A stretch of 64,000 nt of DNA from Deinococcales bacterium (GTDB lineage: Bacteria > Deinococcota > Deinococci > Deinococcales > JAAFIG01): the NCBI GenBank assembly GCA_031414595.1, contig JANNVX010000018.1:64001-128000 (forward strand), read 5' to 3'. Position 1 is the stretch's first letter. Each line of letters begins with the position of its first letter. The notes under the pieces were generated by a model. That model was not told the origin of the DNA. It searched no databases and was given only the letters and a program-made list of their open reading frames with translations. Below, piece after piece: positions 1 to 9,407 of this stretch. Made by a program: the position numbers and the translations under genes.

Positions 1-1139
1 CGCTTTAACCACTTGGTCAGCATTCCACTGATTGCCCCAACCCGAGCTAAAATTTTTCGGGGGTTCTGGGCTGGCTCGAGCGGTTCTAGGACTCGAGGAG
101 TTGTGAGCGGAGATTTTTGCACCACGCCATTTTGTTCATCCAGACTTTTAATCGAAAATTCTTTACGACTTTTAATGTCCACCAAGCCAAGTTCATGCAG
201 CACATGCTGGGCGGTTTGCGGACGGTCAGAAACGCGCTCCTCGAGCATATAATCGAGGGTACTCGAGAATTTTTCGCTGATTTCTGGGTTGATTCGTGTG
301 ACCGGCACAAGCCTTGCACCTTTGCGCCGTTCTAAAGCGCTGGGCGGCGGTACACCTGTGATGGCTTCGTAAAAGGTTGCCCCCAGACTGTAAATATCGG
401 TGTACGGTCCAAATTTGGCTTCTGAGGCATACTGCTCGAGTGGTGCATACGCTGGGGTCACAACCCGATGCGAAATTCGCACACTATCTCGAGGGGCAAA
501 TTCGGCGGCACTGCCAAAATCTATTAGCACGGGTTCGCCAGCCACAATCATGATGTTGCTGGGTTTAATATCGCGGTGCAGTAAGTCACGCTCATGTAAA
601 TCAAACAAGCACTCGAGTAGCGGCACAAGTAAACGTTTGGCGCTTTTTTCGGATAATTTACCTTGGAGGATGCGTTGTTCTAAAGTTTCGCCCTCGAGCA
701 TTTCCATTGCCATATACGCCGTGCCGAGTTCTTCCCAAGTCTCGAGAACCGTCACGGCGGCAGGGTGGCGAATCACACGGATGGTATCGGCTTCGATTTC
801 AAAGCGGGTGGTCAGGGTGCGTAAACTTCTGACTTCTCCAGCTTTTGGCAGTACATAACCAGTGCTGTTGTCGCGGGTCACTAAGCCATCTGGAAAAAGT
901 TCTTTAATTGCCACGTACTCGCGCCGAGAATTGTCGAATGCTCGGTAAGTGATGCCAAAACCACCGCGTCCAATGACTGCCAAAATTTGGTATTGACCAT
1001 TTTTTAGACTCTGACCAGCAGGCAATTCATCACTGATGGTGCTTGAATTCTGAATTTGTAAAAACGATGTCCCACAAACATGGCAAACAGTTGCCTCGGC
1101 GGGATTATCGGCATAACAAATCGGACAATTCTGGCTCAT
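1..1139 (-). CDS. Ser/Thr protein kinase with N-terminal zinc ribbon (partial, runs off window start)
   Basis: Not in the ORF track because there is no stop in the window. Manual translation from ATG 1139 gives MSQNCPICYADNPAEATVCHVCG (CxxC..CxxC), GRGGFGITY, VAIKE, HRDIKPSN, IDFGSA, TPAYAPLEQY and TDIYSLG. Confidence 0.92.
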   Translation of the reverse strand, partial: MSQNCPICYADNPAEATVCHVCGTSFLQIQNSSTISDELPAGQSLKNGQYQILAVIGRGGFGITYRAFDNSRREYVAIKELFPDGLVTRDNSTGYVLPKAGEVRSLRTLTTRFEIEADTIRVIRHPAAVTVLETWEELGTAYMAMEMLEGETLEQRILQGKLSEKSAKRLLVPLLECLFDLHERDLLHRDIKPSNIMIVAGEPVLIDFGSAAEFAPRDSVRISHRVVTPAYAPLEQYASEAKFGPYTDIYSLGATFYEAITGVPPPSALERRKGARLVPVTRINPEISEKFSSTLDYMLEERVSDRPQTAQHVLHELGLVDIKSRKEFSIKSLDEQNGVVQKSPLTTPRVLEPLEPAQNPRKILARVGAISGMLTKWLK

Positions 1140-1244
1140 GGATTGATGCGTCTCTCGAGACTGATTGTATGTTTTTATGACGGGCAGTAATGACCCAATC
1201 AAAAACGGGACTCGAGTCACAGCATCATTGTTCTAAAGCTGTAA

Positions 1245-1269
1245 TAATCCGACTGGGTTACTCGGAAAT
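1245..1269 (+). promoter_or_regulatory. Inverted-repeat operator resembling an Rrf2/IscR type-1 box
   Basis: TAATCCGACT-GGGTT-ACTCGGAAAT abuts the start codon of a Fe3+-type ABC ATPase. The regulator identity is inferred. Confidence 0.4.
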
Positions 1270-2289
1270 ATGCTGATTGTTGAATCGCTCACCAAACGTT
1301 ACCACCCAAGCCATCCGCCTGTGGTCAACAACCTTTCTTTTGATTTGCAAGATAACAGCATCACGGCGATTCTTGGTCCAAGCGGCTGTGGCAAAACCAC
1401 CACTTTACGCTTAATCGCAGGGTTCGAGCGCCCAGATGCTGGTAAAATTATTCTGGGCAACACTGAATTGATCTCGAGCAGCCTAGATGTTCCGCCAGAA
1501 AAACGCGAAATTGGCTTTGTATTCCAAGAATATGCACTGTTTCCGCATTTAACGGTTCTCGAGAATACGCTGTTTGGACTTGGTAAACTGCCTAAAGCGC
1601 AACGTTTTGATCAAGCCCGTAGTGTACTGGCGCTGGTCGGTTTAAGCATTTTCGAGAAGCGCTATCCGCACCAGTTATCGGGCGGGCAACAGCAGCGCGT
1701 CGCATTGGCTCGGGCGCTTGCTCCGAATCCTAAATTGGTACTGCTCGACGAACCCTTCTCGAGCTTAGATGCTGGACTGCGTGAAACCACAAGGGGCGAG
1801 GTACGCGAAATTCTGCGGAAAGCCAATGCTACAGCCCTTTTAGTCACCCATGACCAAGAAGAGGCACTGACTTTTGCTGACCAACTGCTGGTGATGCGTG
1901 ATGGTAACTTGGAGCAAGCTGGCGCACCCGAAAGTATTTACGCCACACCACGCACCGCTTTTGTGGCAAGTTTTTTGGGTAAAACCAATCTGCTTCCTGC
2001 TCGAGTCCTCAATAACATGGCACAGACCAGCCTAGGGTTGTTTCCGCTCGAGAATAAAGACGGCAACACGATGTTATCCATTCGCCCAGAAGACTTGCAC
2101 TTCTCGAGTTCTGGCGTGAGCGGCGAAATTATCAGCCGAGACTTTAAGGGACACGACATAACTTTTACGGTTAAAACTCAACACGGTTTCATTCTCATTC
2201 AAACCCCAGCCCCAAATCCGCAACGGGTCGGCGACTTGGTTTGTATTGCCCTCCAAGGTCAAGCGATAGCGGTTCGCGGAAGCGTTTAA
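1270..2289 (+). CDS. ABC transporter ATP-binding protein, Fe3+/polyamine (FbpC/PotA-like) with C-terminal TOBE-like domain
   Basis: Walker A GPSGCGKTT, VFQEYALFPHL, LSGGQQQRVALARAL, LLDEPFSSLD and VTHDQEEA. Confidence 0.9.
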   Translation: MLIVESLTKRYHPSHPPVVNNLSFDLQDNSITAILGPSGCGKTTTLRLIAGFERPDAGKIILGNTELISSSLDVPPEKREIGFVFQEYALFPHLTVLENTLFGLGKLPKAQRFDQARSVLALVGLSIFEKRYPHQLSGGQQQRVALARALAPNPKLVLLDEPFSSLDAGLRETTRGEVREILRKANATALLVTHDQEEALTFADQLLVMRDGNLEQAGAPESIYATPRTAFVASFLGKTNLLPARVLNNMAQTSLGLFPLENKDGNTMLSIRPEDLHFSSSGVSGEIISRDFKGHDITFTVKTQHGFILIQTPAPNPQRVGDLVCIALQGQAIAVRGSV

Positions 2290-2291
2290 TC

Positions 2292-2324
2292 TTTTTACCC
2301 TTTAACCTTTTAACCCTTTTCCCT
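2292..2324. repeat. Degenerate short tandem (about 7-mer) repeat, TTTAACC/TTTACCC-like
   Basis: ttttaccc tttaacc ttttaaccc ttttccct lies just upstream of the asnS -10 box. Confidence 0.5.
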
Positions 2325-2336
2325 TAGAATCTCTCC

Positions 2337-3674
2337 ATGCGAGTTTTTATTTCCGATATTGGGCAACACGCCGAAAACACCGTCACCATTAAAGGCTGGT
2401 TGTCCGATAAAAGCGGCAAAGGCAAATTGCAATTCTTAAAACTGCGTGATGGTACTGGTTTTATTCAAGGCACAGTTTTTATTGGCGATGTCTCCGAAGA
2501 AACTTTTGAACTGGCAAAACGCCTTCCACAAGAATGCAGTCTCGAGGTGACTGGAATTGTCAGGGCAGATGCTCGAGCGCCAAGCGGATTTGAACTGGCG
2601 GTGCGCGATATAAAAGTCGTGGCATTGCCCACCGAGGAATACCCGATAACCCCCAAAGAACACGGCACAGAATTTTTATTAGATAACCGCCATTTGCATT
2701 TGCGACACCGTAAACCTTGGGCTGCTTTGCGGGTTCGAGACACGATTAAACGTGCCATTAACGATTTTTTTCATGACCGTGGCTTTATTCAGTTCGATAG
2801 CCCATTTTTTATGCCAACCGCCGTTGAAGGCACAAGCAATTTATTCGAGATTAACTTGTTTGACGAAGAAAAAGCCTATTTAAGCCAATCTGGACAGTTA
2901 TATGCCGAAGCTGGCGCAATGGCACACGGTAAGGTCTACACTTTTGGACCGACCTTTCGCGCCGAAAAAAGTAAAACCCGACGGCACTTGCTCGAGTTTT
3001 GGATGATTGAACCCGAAGTTGCCTACAACGACTGGGAGGACAATATGCGCCTCCAAGAAGATTTTGTGAGTTACCTTGTCGGGCGCTCACTCGAGGAGCG
3101 AAAAACCGAACTCGAGATTCTCGAGCGAGACACAACTAAGCTCGAGCCAAGCGCGGCTGGCAATTTCCCACGGGTTAGCTACACCGAAGCTATTGAAATG
3201 ATTAGTAAAGCCATCTCGAGCGGTAACTTACCCGAAAATGTCGCAGCCGACACCCAGCCTGTGATTTGGGGCGATGATTTTGGTGCGCCACACGAAACGA
3301 TTGTGGGTTCGTACTTTGACCGTCCGGTGATGATTCACAGTTATCCAGCCGCGATTAAAGCCTTCTATATGCAGCCACAAGCCCATGACCCACGCCTGGC
3401 AGCCTGCAACGACATGATTGCCCCAGAGGGTTATGGCGAGATTATTGGCGGGTCTGAGCGCATTCATGATTACGACTTACTAAAGAGTCGCATTCTCGAG
3501 CATGACTTACCACTCGAGCCATTTGATTGGTACTTGGATTTACGCAAATACGGTTCTGTGCCGCATAGTGGTTTTGGGCTTGGTCTCGAGCGCACCGTGG
3601 CTTGGATTTGTGGTGTGCCGCATTTACGCGAAGTGATTCCGTTCCCACGAATGCTAACGCGGATGAAGCCGTAA
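2337..3674 (+). CDS. asnS: Asparagine--tRNA ligase
   Basis: OB-fold N-terminus (FLKLRDGTG), [39 protein letters not shown] and [17 protein letters not shown] lies 6 nt before the ATG. Confidence 0.97.
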   Translation: MRVFISDIGQHAENTVTIKGWLSDKSGKGKLQFLKLRDGTGFIQGTVFIGDVSEETFELAKRLPQECSLEVTGIVRADARAPSGFELAVRDIKVVALPTEEYPITPKEHGTEFLLDNRHLHLRHRKPWAALRVRDTIKRAINDFFHDRGFIQFDSPFFMPTAVEGTSNLFEINLFDEEKAYLSQSGQLYAEAGAMAHGKVYTFGPTFRAEKSKTRRHLLEFWMIEPEVAYNDWEDNMRLQEDFVSYLVGRSLEERKTELEILERDTTKLEPSAAGNFPRVSYTEAIEMISKAISSGNLPENVAADTQPVIWGDDFGAPHETIVGSYFDRPVMIHSYPAAIKAFYMQPQAHDPRLAACNDMIAPEGYGEIIGGSERIHDYDLLKSRILEHDLPLEPFDWYLDLRKYGSVPHSGFGLGLERTVAWICGVPHLREVIPFPRMLTRMKP

Positions 3675-3820
3675 TCCCTGGACTTTTTGTGTAAAGCCCA
3701 ATCGTTTATTGCTGTGGAAGTGAGTCTTGATAAATTCAGGAGTGTCTTTCAAGACATGCTAAATCTTGGGGTGAAGGAAGCCTAAAATATTTCCGAACTA
3801 GTGTTGTATCAAAAGCCGAT

Positions 3821-4771
3821 TTAATACGCTCGCCTGACCACACTCATGCCTTGTGTCTCGAGCCAAGCTGCAACCACACCAATAGATTTTTTGACCCCAG
3901 ACGTAATCAAAGGCTGACCAAAAGATTCTAATTGGGCAATGATGCGCCCATCTTCGTTTTTACCGACACTGATGAGCAATTCTTGGGCATAATCGGGTTC
4001 TTCGACTCGAGCCAGAATAATTAAACGGTTTTCTCGAGTGAAGGATTCGAGAAGAATCACGGTGCAATCAGAAAACTGCGCCACGACTTTCTCGAGTGGT
4101 TTGGTTGGCAAATTCCCAGTTAATTGTGCGTGTGGCATGATTTTTTCCTTTGTTATCTCGAGTCGAGCGAATTCTTTTTTTGCAACTTCTTTGACCTTAA
4201 AGCGAGCATGGTGAATATTTAAGCCCTGAGCTTGCCAACGCATCGCGTACTTGGTTTGTAATGCCGCCTGTGGTGGTTCGGCTGGCATAATGTCAAATAA
4301 ACCTGTACTGGCAGCTTGCTCGAGCGCAAAATCATAATACGGCGGGTGGTCGGTGGTCAGCCACAATTCACCGTTTGGGACTAAGCGGGACGATAGTAGT
4401 TCAAAAGTCCCACTTCGGACAAAGCGGTTTTCTTCGTGCTTACCCTTAAACCACGGGTCTGGAAAATTTAAGTAGACCCGAGAAATACTTTGCTCAGGCA
4501 GGGCATTACGAATCAGAAACTCAGCACTCATACGAACCAGCACAGCGTTATCTTTGATTCCCGCAGCAAGGTAGCGTGCAAAGGCTTTTTGTAAACTGAC
4601 TCCGGAAACTTCGACCCCAAGGTAATTGACTTCCCCCTCGAGATGGTGCTGTGCTGCCCAGAAACGTCCATCGCCAAAACCAACTTCTAAAAACAGTGGT
4701 TGGGCTTTAGCAAATAAATCCTCGAGCGGTTGCGGGTATAAAAAATCATTGGGTCGTAAAAAACGCGGCAT
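3821..4771 (-). CDS. trmB: tRNA (guanine-N7)-methyltransferase with C-terminal extension
   Basis: LEVGFGDGRF, LNFPDPWFKGKH, LTTDHPPY and TKYAMRW motifs. Confidence 0.92.
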   Translation of the reverse strand: MPRFLRPNDFLYPQPLEDLFAKAQPLFLEVGFGDGRFWAAQHHLEGEVNYLGVEVSGVSLQKAFARYLAAGIKDNAVLVRMSAEFLIRNALPEQSISRVYLNFPDPWFKGKHEENRFVRSGTFELLSSRLVPNGELWLTTDHPPYYDFALEQAASTGLFDIMPAEPPQAALQTKYAMRWQAQGLNIHHARFKVKEVAKKEFARLEITKEKIMPHAQLTGNLPTKPLEKVVAQFSDCTVILLESFTRENRLIILARVEEPDYAQELLISVGKNEDGRIIAQLESFGQPLITSGVKKSIGVVAAWLETQGMSVVRRAY

Positions 4772-4795
4772 TGGTTAAGAGTATAGCCTATGCTT

Positions 4796-5437
4796 TTAGA
4801 GTTTGCGCCTATCTGCCACAACTTCAAACAATAACCCTGTGAATACCGTCAGGTTTGATTCAGGGGTTTGTTTTGAGTCTGGTAAAAGTTCACCAATAGA
4901 CGAACTTGGCGTTGGATTGTTCTTAAAAAGCGTAGTGATAACCTCGGCTTGCTGGGCATTCAAAACCCCAGTCTCGAGACGCTGCACTAATTTTGGAATT
5001 TCTGGGGCAAACAGAATTTGGAATTGTTCAAAAGTCATGTCTTTTAATTTTTGTTGATAAATAAGATTTTTTTCTTTTTGGTCGTAGAGCAGAACGGGGC
5101 TACTACCCGTTAAAGCAATCGCGGCATTGAAAATAAATTGCAGGGCTGGCAACCACCAAATCAGTGGCAACAAATACCAAAACCAGCCTTTAAGAACCCC
5201 AGTCTTTGCGCCAAAAAAATCAAAGTTGTAGCCAAGGCTCGTGCCGATAGAAAGCGGAATGACCATAAAGAAAAATAAAACCAGCACTTCATCGGGCTTT
5301 GAAATCGTGCCATCTTTTGCCGTAACCAACAACGTAATGATTAAGCAAGTCAGTAACCACGGAATCAAAAACCGTTTTTTGAATGGCTGATAGCGATTGA
5401 GTGGAAAGAGCAACAAGTAACCAAGCAGCGAATTCAT
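4796..5437 (-). CDS. Hypothetical membrane protein (about 3 TM segments)
   Basis: Open frame with hydrophobic helices. The start is placed at MNSLLGY (GAGG upstream), which avoids overlap with yhhQ. Confidence 0.6.
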   Translation of the reverse strand: MNSLLGYLLLFPLNRYQPFKKRFLIPWLLTCLIITLLVTAKDGTISKPDEVLVLFFFMVIPLSIGTSLGYNFDFFGAKTGVLKGWFWYLLPLIWWLPALQFIFNAAIALTGSSPVLLYDQKEKNLIYQQKLKDMTFEQFQILFAPEIPKLVQRLETGVLNAQQAEVITTLFKNNPTPSSSIGELLPDSKQTPESNLTVFTGLLFEVVADRRKL

Positions 5438-5535
5438 GTGACCTCGATTGTTAGCATAACTCATTGTACTTGCTGTACAGACCAAAATTGCAAACGGTGA
5501 CACAAATCACTTTTGGCTCGAGTAGACTGGTTGGC

Positions 5536-6228
5536 GTGAGATTTCGTTTTTTTGACTTTATCCTTGCCGCCTTTGCGGTCTGCTTAGTGGTTTCTAACAT
5601 TGCCAGTACCAAAGTCGCCACGCTTGACCTTGGATTTTGGAAACCCATTTTTGACGGTGGCACGTTTCTTTTTCCCATCACCTATATTTTTGGTGATGTC
5701 CTAACCGAAGTTTATGGCTATAAAAATGCCCGGCGGGTGATTTGGTTTGGGCTTATTGCCAGTCTCTTCTCGAGCCTGATTTTTGCGGCGGTTGGATTGC
5801 TTCCCACCCATGACTCGAGTTTTACCAAAGGCGCATTTGAAACGGTGCTTGGTTTTGTACCGCAAATTGTACTGGCAAGCCTGATAGCATTTTTCTTCGG
5901 TGAATTTTTGAACAGTTTTGTGTTGGCGAAACTCAAAATTGCCACCAAAGGCAAGTTCTTTGCGGCAAGGGCTATTGGTAGCACCTTGGTAGGGCAAGCT
6001 GCCGACACCCTTATTTTTAGTGTGGTTGCCTTTGGGATTGGGGTGGGGGCTGTACCCTCTGAGGTACTTTGGAGCATTATCCTGACCAATTACTTGTACA
6101 AAGTTGGTCTCGAGGTGCTGCTGACTCCGGTCACAACCTTGGTGGTGCAGCACCTTAAAAAAGCTGAGGGTGTGGACAGTTACGACCACAGCACCAATTT
6201 TAACCCCTTTGTATTACGCCACCAATGA
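5536..6228 (+). CDS. yhhQ: Queuosine precursor transporter (VUT/DUF165 family)
   Basis: VSNIASTK, FPITYIFGDVLTEVYG, GSTLVGQAADT and C-terminal TNFNPF. GTG start lies 7 nt after TAGACT. Confidence 0.9.
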   Translation: MRFRFFDFILAAFAVCLVVSNIASTKVATLDLGFWKPIFDGGTFLFPITYIFGDVLTEVYGYKNARRVIWFGLIASLFSSLIFAAVGLLPTHDSSFTKGAFETVLGFVPQIVLASLIAFFFGEFLNSFVLAKLKIATKGKFFAARAIGSTLVGQAADTLIFSVVAFGIGVGAVPSEVLWSIILTNYLYKVGLEVLLTPVTTLVVQHLKKAEGVDSYDHSTNFNPFVLRHQ

Positions 6229-6239
6229 CGTGACTTGTA

Positions 6240-7910
6240 TTACGCCACCAATAAGCGCAAATTCTCGAGTCCAATGCGGTGACAATAATCCCCGAAGCGC
6301 TCATTCTCGAGTCTGATGGATTTGAAATTTTTAAGGAGCGGCTCGAGGGTCGGTATCATTTCTTCGCGTTTGACATTATCTAAAAAGACTTCGGATAGGC
6401 GTGTTCCAAGATGACTTCCCCCAAGGTAAATTGCGTAACTGTTGATGCCACGTCCGACCAAACCAACTTCGGCGCTGTAGGGGCGGGCGCAACCATTGGG
6501 GCAACCAGTCATACGAATGTGAGGCGCAAGGGTGTCTGACTCAAGATTGTGCGTCTCGAGCAGGGATTGTACTTCGCGGATGAGGTCTGGCAGGGCGCGT
6601 TCGGCTTCGGTGATCGCAAGTCCGCAAGTCGGAAAGGCTGGACATGCCATCGAATGTTTAATCACAGGGGCAATGCTGTTGGGTAAGACAATCCCATGCT
6701 TGGTCAGCAGTGCCTCGAGCGCGGCTTTGTCTTGTGGGGCAATGTTGCAAAGCAGCATATTTTGTTGTGGAGTCAGGCGAACTTCGGGAACAAATTGTTC
6801 GACTGCTTTGCGGATTCCAACTCGAGCTTCGTCTTTGATTCGTCCGTTTTCGATAAATAAGCCTAAAAACCAGTTGCCGTCACCTTGTTCAAACCAGCCC
6901 AAATGGTCATCGCCCGAAGTCCACTCGAGAGGTAATGGTGCAGGCAAGCTCAGTCCAAGAACTTCTTCGACTTTTTGCTTAAAGTTGGCAATTCCCATAG
7001 ATTCGACCAAATACTTCATGCGGCTGTACTTGCGGTCATCACGTCTGCCATGGTCGCGTTGCACTGTCACAATGGCTTTAATCGTCTCGAGTAACATTTC
7101 TGGGGGTATGGTAGTCATCGGGTCGCCTAAACGCGGATGGGTGTCTTTGACAGTATGCGATTGCCCGAGTCCTCCGCCGACAATCAAGGTAAATGCCACC
7201 AACCGATCGCCATTCATTACGGGGACAATACCGACATCTTGGGTGTAGGCATCCACACAGTTATCGTTGGGGAAAGCAAAAGCAATCTTAAATTTTCTTG
7301 GCAGATAGGAAACACCATACAAGGGTTCTTCGGTTAGGTTTTCCTCGAGTGTCACGGCTTTTTCGCCATCTAGCCAAACTTCAAAATAAGCTCGGGCGCG
7401 TGGCTTGAGGTTTTCGGACAAGGAAAACGCATGAGCCATGATTTCGTCTCGAGCTTTAGACTTAAATGGGGCTGGACAAGCCACGATGTTACGAACCACA
7501 TCACCACAAGCCGAAAGCGAGGTCATGCGGTGTGCATCTAAAGTTTTTAGAAGCGGTTTTAAGCCGCCCTTTAGTACCCCGTGGTATTGAATCGCTTGGC
7601 GGGTCGTGATTCGCAGGGTGCTGTTGGCGAGTTGGTCAGAGAGGTCGTCCAACTCGAGGTACTGCGCTTTACTCAGCACCCCGCCAGCAATCGCAACCCG
7701 TATCATAAACGAATGCTGGGCGCTTAAGCCTTGGGCTTTACGGGCTTTTCGTACATCACGGTCTGATTGTTGGTAAATGCCATGAAACTTTAAGAGCAGT
7801 TCGGAGGTGTCTATAAAATGGTCTTCGCTGTTCTCGAGTTCGCTTTGTAGTGTGCCACGCAAATAATTACTCTCGAGTTTGACGTGTTCAACTTTACTTA
7901 GGGTATTCAT
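6240..7910 (-). CDS. cysI: Assimilatory sulfite reductase hemoprotein (siroheme/4Fe-4S)
   Basis: KFHGIYQQ, RITTRQAIQYHG, ACGDVVRN, YLPRKFK, ACPAFPTCGLA and TGCPNGCARP. Confidence 0.93.
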   Translation of the reverse strand: MNTLSKVEHVKLESNYLRGTLQSELENSEDHFIDTSELLLKFHGIYQQSDRDVRKARKAQGLSAQHSFMIRVAIAGGVLSKAQYLELDDLSDQLANSTLRITTRQAIQYHGVLKGGLKPLLKTLDAHRMTSLSACGDVVRNIVACPAPFKSKARDEIMAHAFSLSENLKPRARAYFEVWLDGEKAVTLEENLTEEPLYGVSYLPRKFKIAFAFPNDNCVDAYTQDVGIVPVMNGDRLVAFTLIVGGGLGQSHTVKDTHPRLGDPMTTIPPEMLLETIKAIVTVQRDHGRRDDRKYSRMKYLVESMGIANFKQKVEEVLGLSLPAPLPLEWTSGDDHLGWFEQGDGNWFLGLFIENGRIKDEARVGIRKAVEQFVPEVRLTPQQNMLLCNIAPQDKAALEALLTKHGIVLPNSIAPVIKHSMACPAFPTCGLAITEAERALPDLIREVQSLLETHNLESDTLAPHIRMTGCPNGCARPYSAEVGLVGRGINSYAIYLGGSHLGTRLSEVFLDNVKREEMIPTLEPLLKNFKSIRLENERFGDYCHRIGLENLRLLVA

Positions 7911-7926
7911 ATTATCCTTTTGGCAT

Positions 7927-7953
7927 AAAAAAAGCAGACTAAAATCGTCTGCT
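7927..7953 (-). terminator. Intrinsic terminator-like hairpin between the DUF4395 gene and cysI
   Basis: AGCAGAC/GTCTGCT 7-bp stem followed by T7 on the minus strand. Confidence 0.65.
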
Positions 7954-7963
7954 ACTCTAAAAA

Positions 7964-8398
7964 CTAAACTGATTTACGGGCGAAACGGTGCGGTAACATC
8001 CGCCATTGAAAGTATAAAAAGCACCCGACGCAAATTCCAGTGGTTAAGTTCAGCATTGCAAGGGCAAAGACAATAATCGCTACAACCCAAGCCGCAACAG
8101 TTGCACCCGTTAAAAATAAAATACTCGAGACAAGCATAAAAACCCCGCCAAGTCCTTGGGCAAAATTGTGTGGACGTGGGTCGTCTTGCTCGAGTTTAGG
8201 CGTGATTTTTAGGGCTGGGCGTAAAAAGCCGGTGTAGAACTGCTTAAAAAGTGCCAAACGTGGCTCGAATGTCCCAAGCAGCATAATTGCGGCGACCAAA
8301 AACACAATTGGTGCAAATTGTAAGGCAAAAGCAACCGCAATCAGACTGACAATACTGACTTGGTTAAAGCGTAAAACATTGCTGTCAAATTGTTTCAT
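7964..8398 (-). CDS. DUF4395-family membrane protein
   Basis: RFNQ..., DPRPHNFAQGLG and LNLTTGICVGCFLY motifs. The family is often found beside sulfur-assimilation genes. Confidence 0.8.
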   Translation of the reverse strand: MKQFDSNVLRFNQVSIVSLIAVAFALQFAPIVFLVAAIMLLGTFEPRLALFKQFYTGFLRPALKITPKLEQDDPRPHNFAQGLGGVFMLVSSILFLTGATVAAWVVAIIVFALAMLNLTTGICVGCFLYFQWRMLPHRFARKSV

Positions 8399-8934
8399 CT
8401 TTCTCCCATCGAGTCGAGCGATTCAAGCAGTGCCTTAGAAACTTCGCGCTGAGCGGCATCGGCAATCAGCGCCGTGGTCAGTAAAATCCAGTTTGGGACA
8501 TTTCCCGCTTCTAAGCGAATTGGTTGTCCACCATGAACTGTTCCCTCGAGCTTATTGCCCACAATCCAAAACTCGAGCGGATAGCTTTGGTCGCCTTGGA
8601 AAACTTGCCCCGTAAAATGATCCGAACCCAGATAAACCACGGCTCGTTCGATGTGCCTTGAACCAGAGAAACGAATCTCGAGTTGGTTGCTGCTGACTTG
8701 GGCGCTGATTGCAAGGCGCACAGCGCTGCTTAAAACCGTGCCAAGCAAGCTGTGAACCCGCCGCTCGAGTTTTAGGTTTTCGGCAAACCACCAACCGCCA
8801 AGCCTTCCCTCGAGTTGCTGACCATCCCAACGCAGGGCGATGTCGTAACGGGCAAGTGGGTCGTGGATTGCGCCTTTGATGCGCTGGGAAGTGCGGGTGA
8901 TGTGGATTGGGTTTGTACCTAAAAGTAATTGCAT
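8395..8934 (-). CDS. Hypothetical protein (beta-rich, G-x-L-G repeats)
   Basis: 179-aa ORF with SD GGAG and an ATGA overlap with the downstream gene. Confidence 0.7.
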   Translation of the reverse strand: MQLLLGTNPIHITRTSQRIKGAIHDPLARYDIALRWDGQQLEGRLGGWWFAENLKLERRVHSLLGTVLSSAVRLAISAQVSSNQLEIRFSGSRHIERAVVYLGSDHFTGQVFQGDQSYPLEFWIVGNKLEGTVHGGQPIRLEAGNVPNWILLTTALIADAAQREVSKALLESLDSMGER

Positions 8935-9090
8935 GGTGTTCTCCGTTTTGAATGTGGGTTTTGTCTTAATGGTTGGGAATTTTTAAGGACAACAACGCAT
9001 TCGTGGTTTTTGGAGGACACTAAAATTCATGACTCAACTTTATATGGTTTACAAAAATTGTCAAGTATTATTCAATACGCAAATAAAGTT

Positions 9091-9186
9091 TTCTCGAGTA
9101 CAATAGTGCGCCCTCTCGAGTACAATAAAAACGTGATTGGATCAGAAATCTTGGCACTACTGCAACACCTGTCAAAAAGGCTCAGC
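9091..9186 (+). pseudogene. Remnant of the promoter and 5' end of the kinase-STAND-TPR gene
   Basis: 9091-9140 matches 15922-15971 at 49/50 nt, then reads VIGSEIL..LQHLSKRLS versus VIGSQIL..FLHQSKRLS in the intact gene. Confidence 0.75.
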
Positions 9187-9407
9187 AGTAAAACTAGAAA
9201 TTCTCGAGCAGAACGCAAAAGCTGAGACTCGAGGCAAACAAAATCTCAACTGCTCGAAATGGGATTCAAAGCGCAAACTTTAGCATGGCATAGGCACAAG
9301 CCACCCGTGTACAGGTTCTAGGGTCAAGTTGAATGTAGCTATTGGCAACAAAATACAAGTGGGTTAAGATTCTGCACAAATAAAACTTACTGTGCAACTC
9401 TAATTTA

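Noticed and set aside
13-858. Short ORFs in the track at 13-858
   Set aside because: They are shadows of the minus-strand kinase (1-1139), which the track missed because it lacks a stop in the window.
5440-5535. preQ1 riboswitch before yhhQ
   Set aside because: No recognisable aptamer, and the gene appears leaderless.
9029-9039. ATGACTCAACT shared between the cysI-operon promoter region and the SAM riboswitch P3 insertion
   Set aside because: An 11-nt match in opposite orientation relative to transcription, compatible with chance in 64 kb.
8929-9225. 98-aa ORF sharing FSSTIVRPLEYNK with the track's kinase N-terminus
   Set aside because: The shared peptide is translated promoter DNA from the 50-bp repeat; the real kinase start is GTG 15964.
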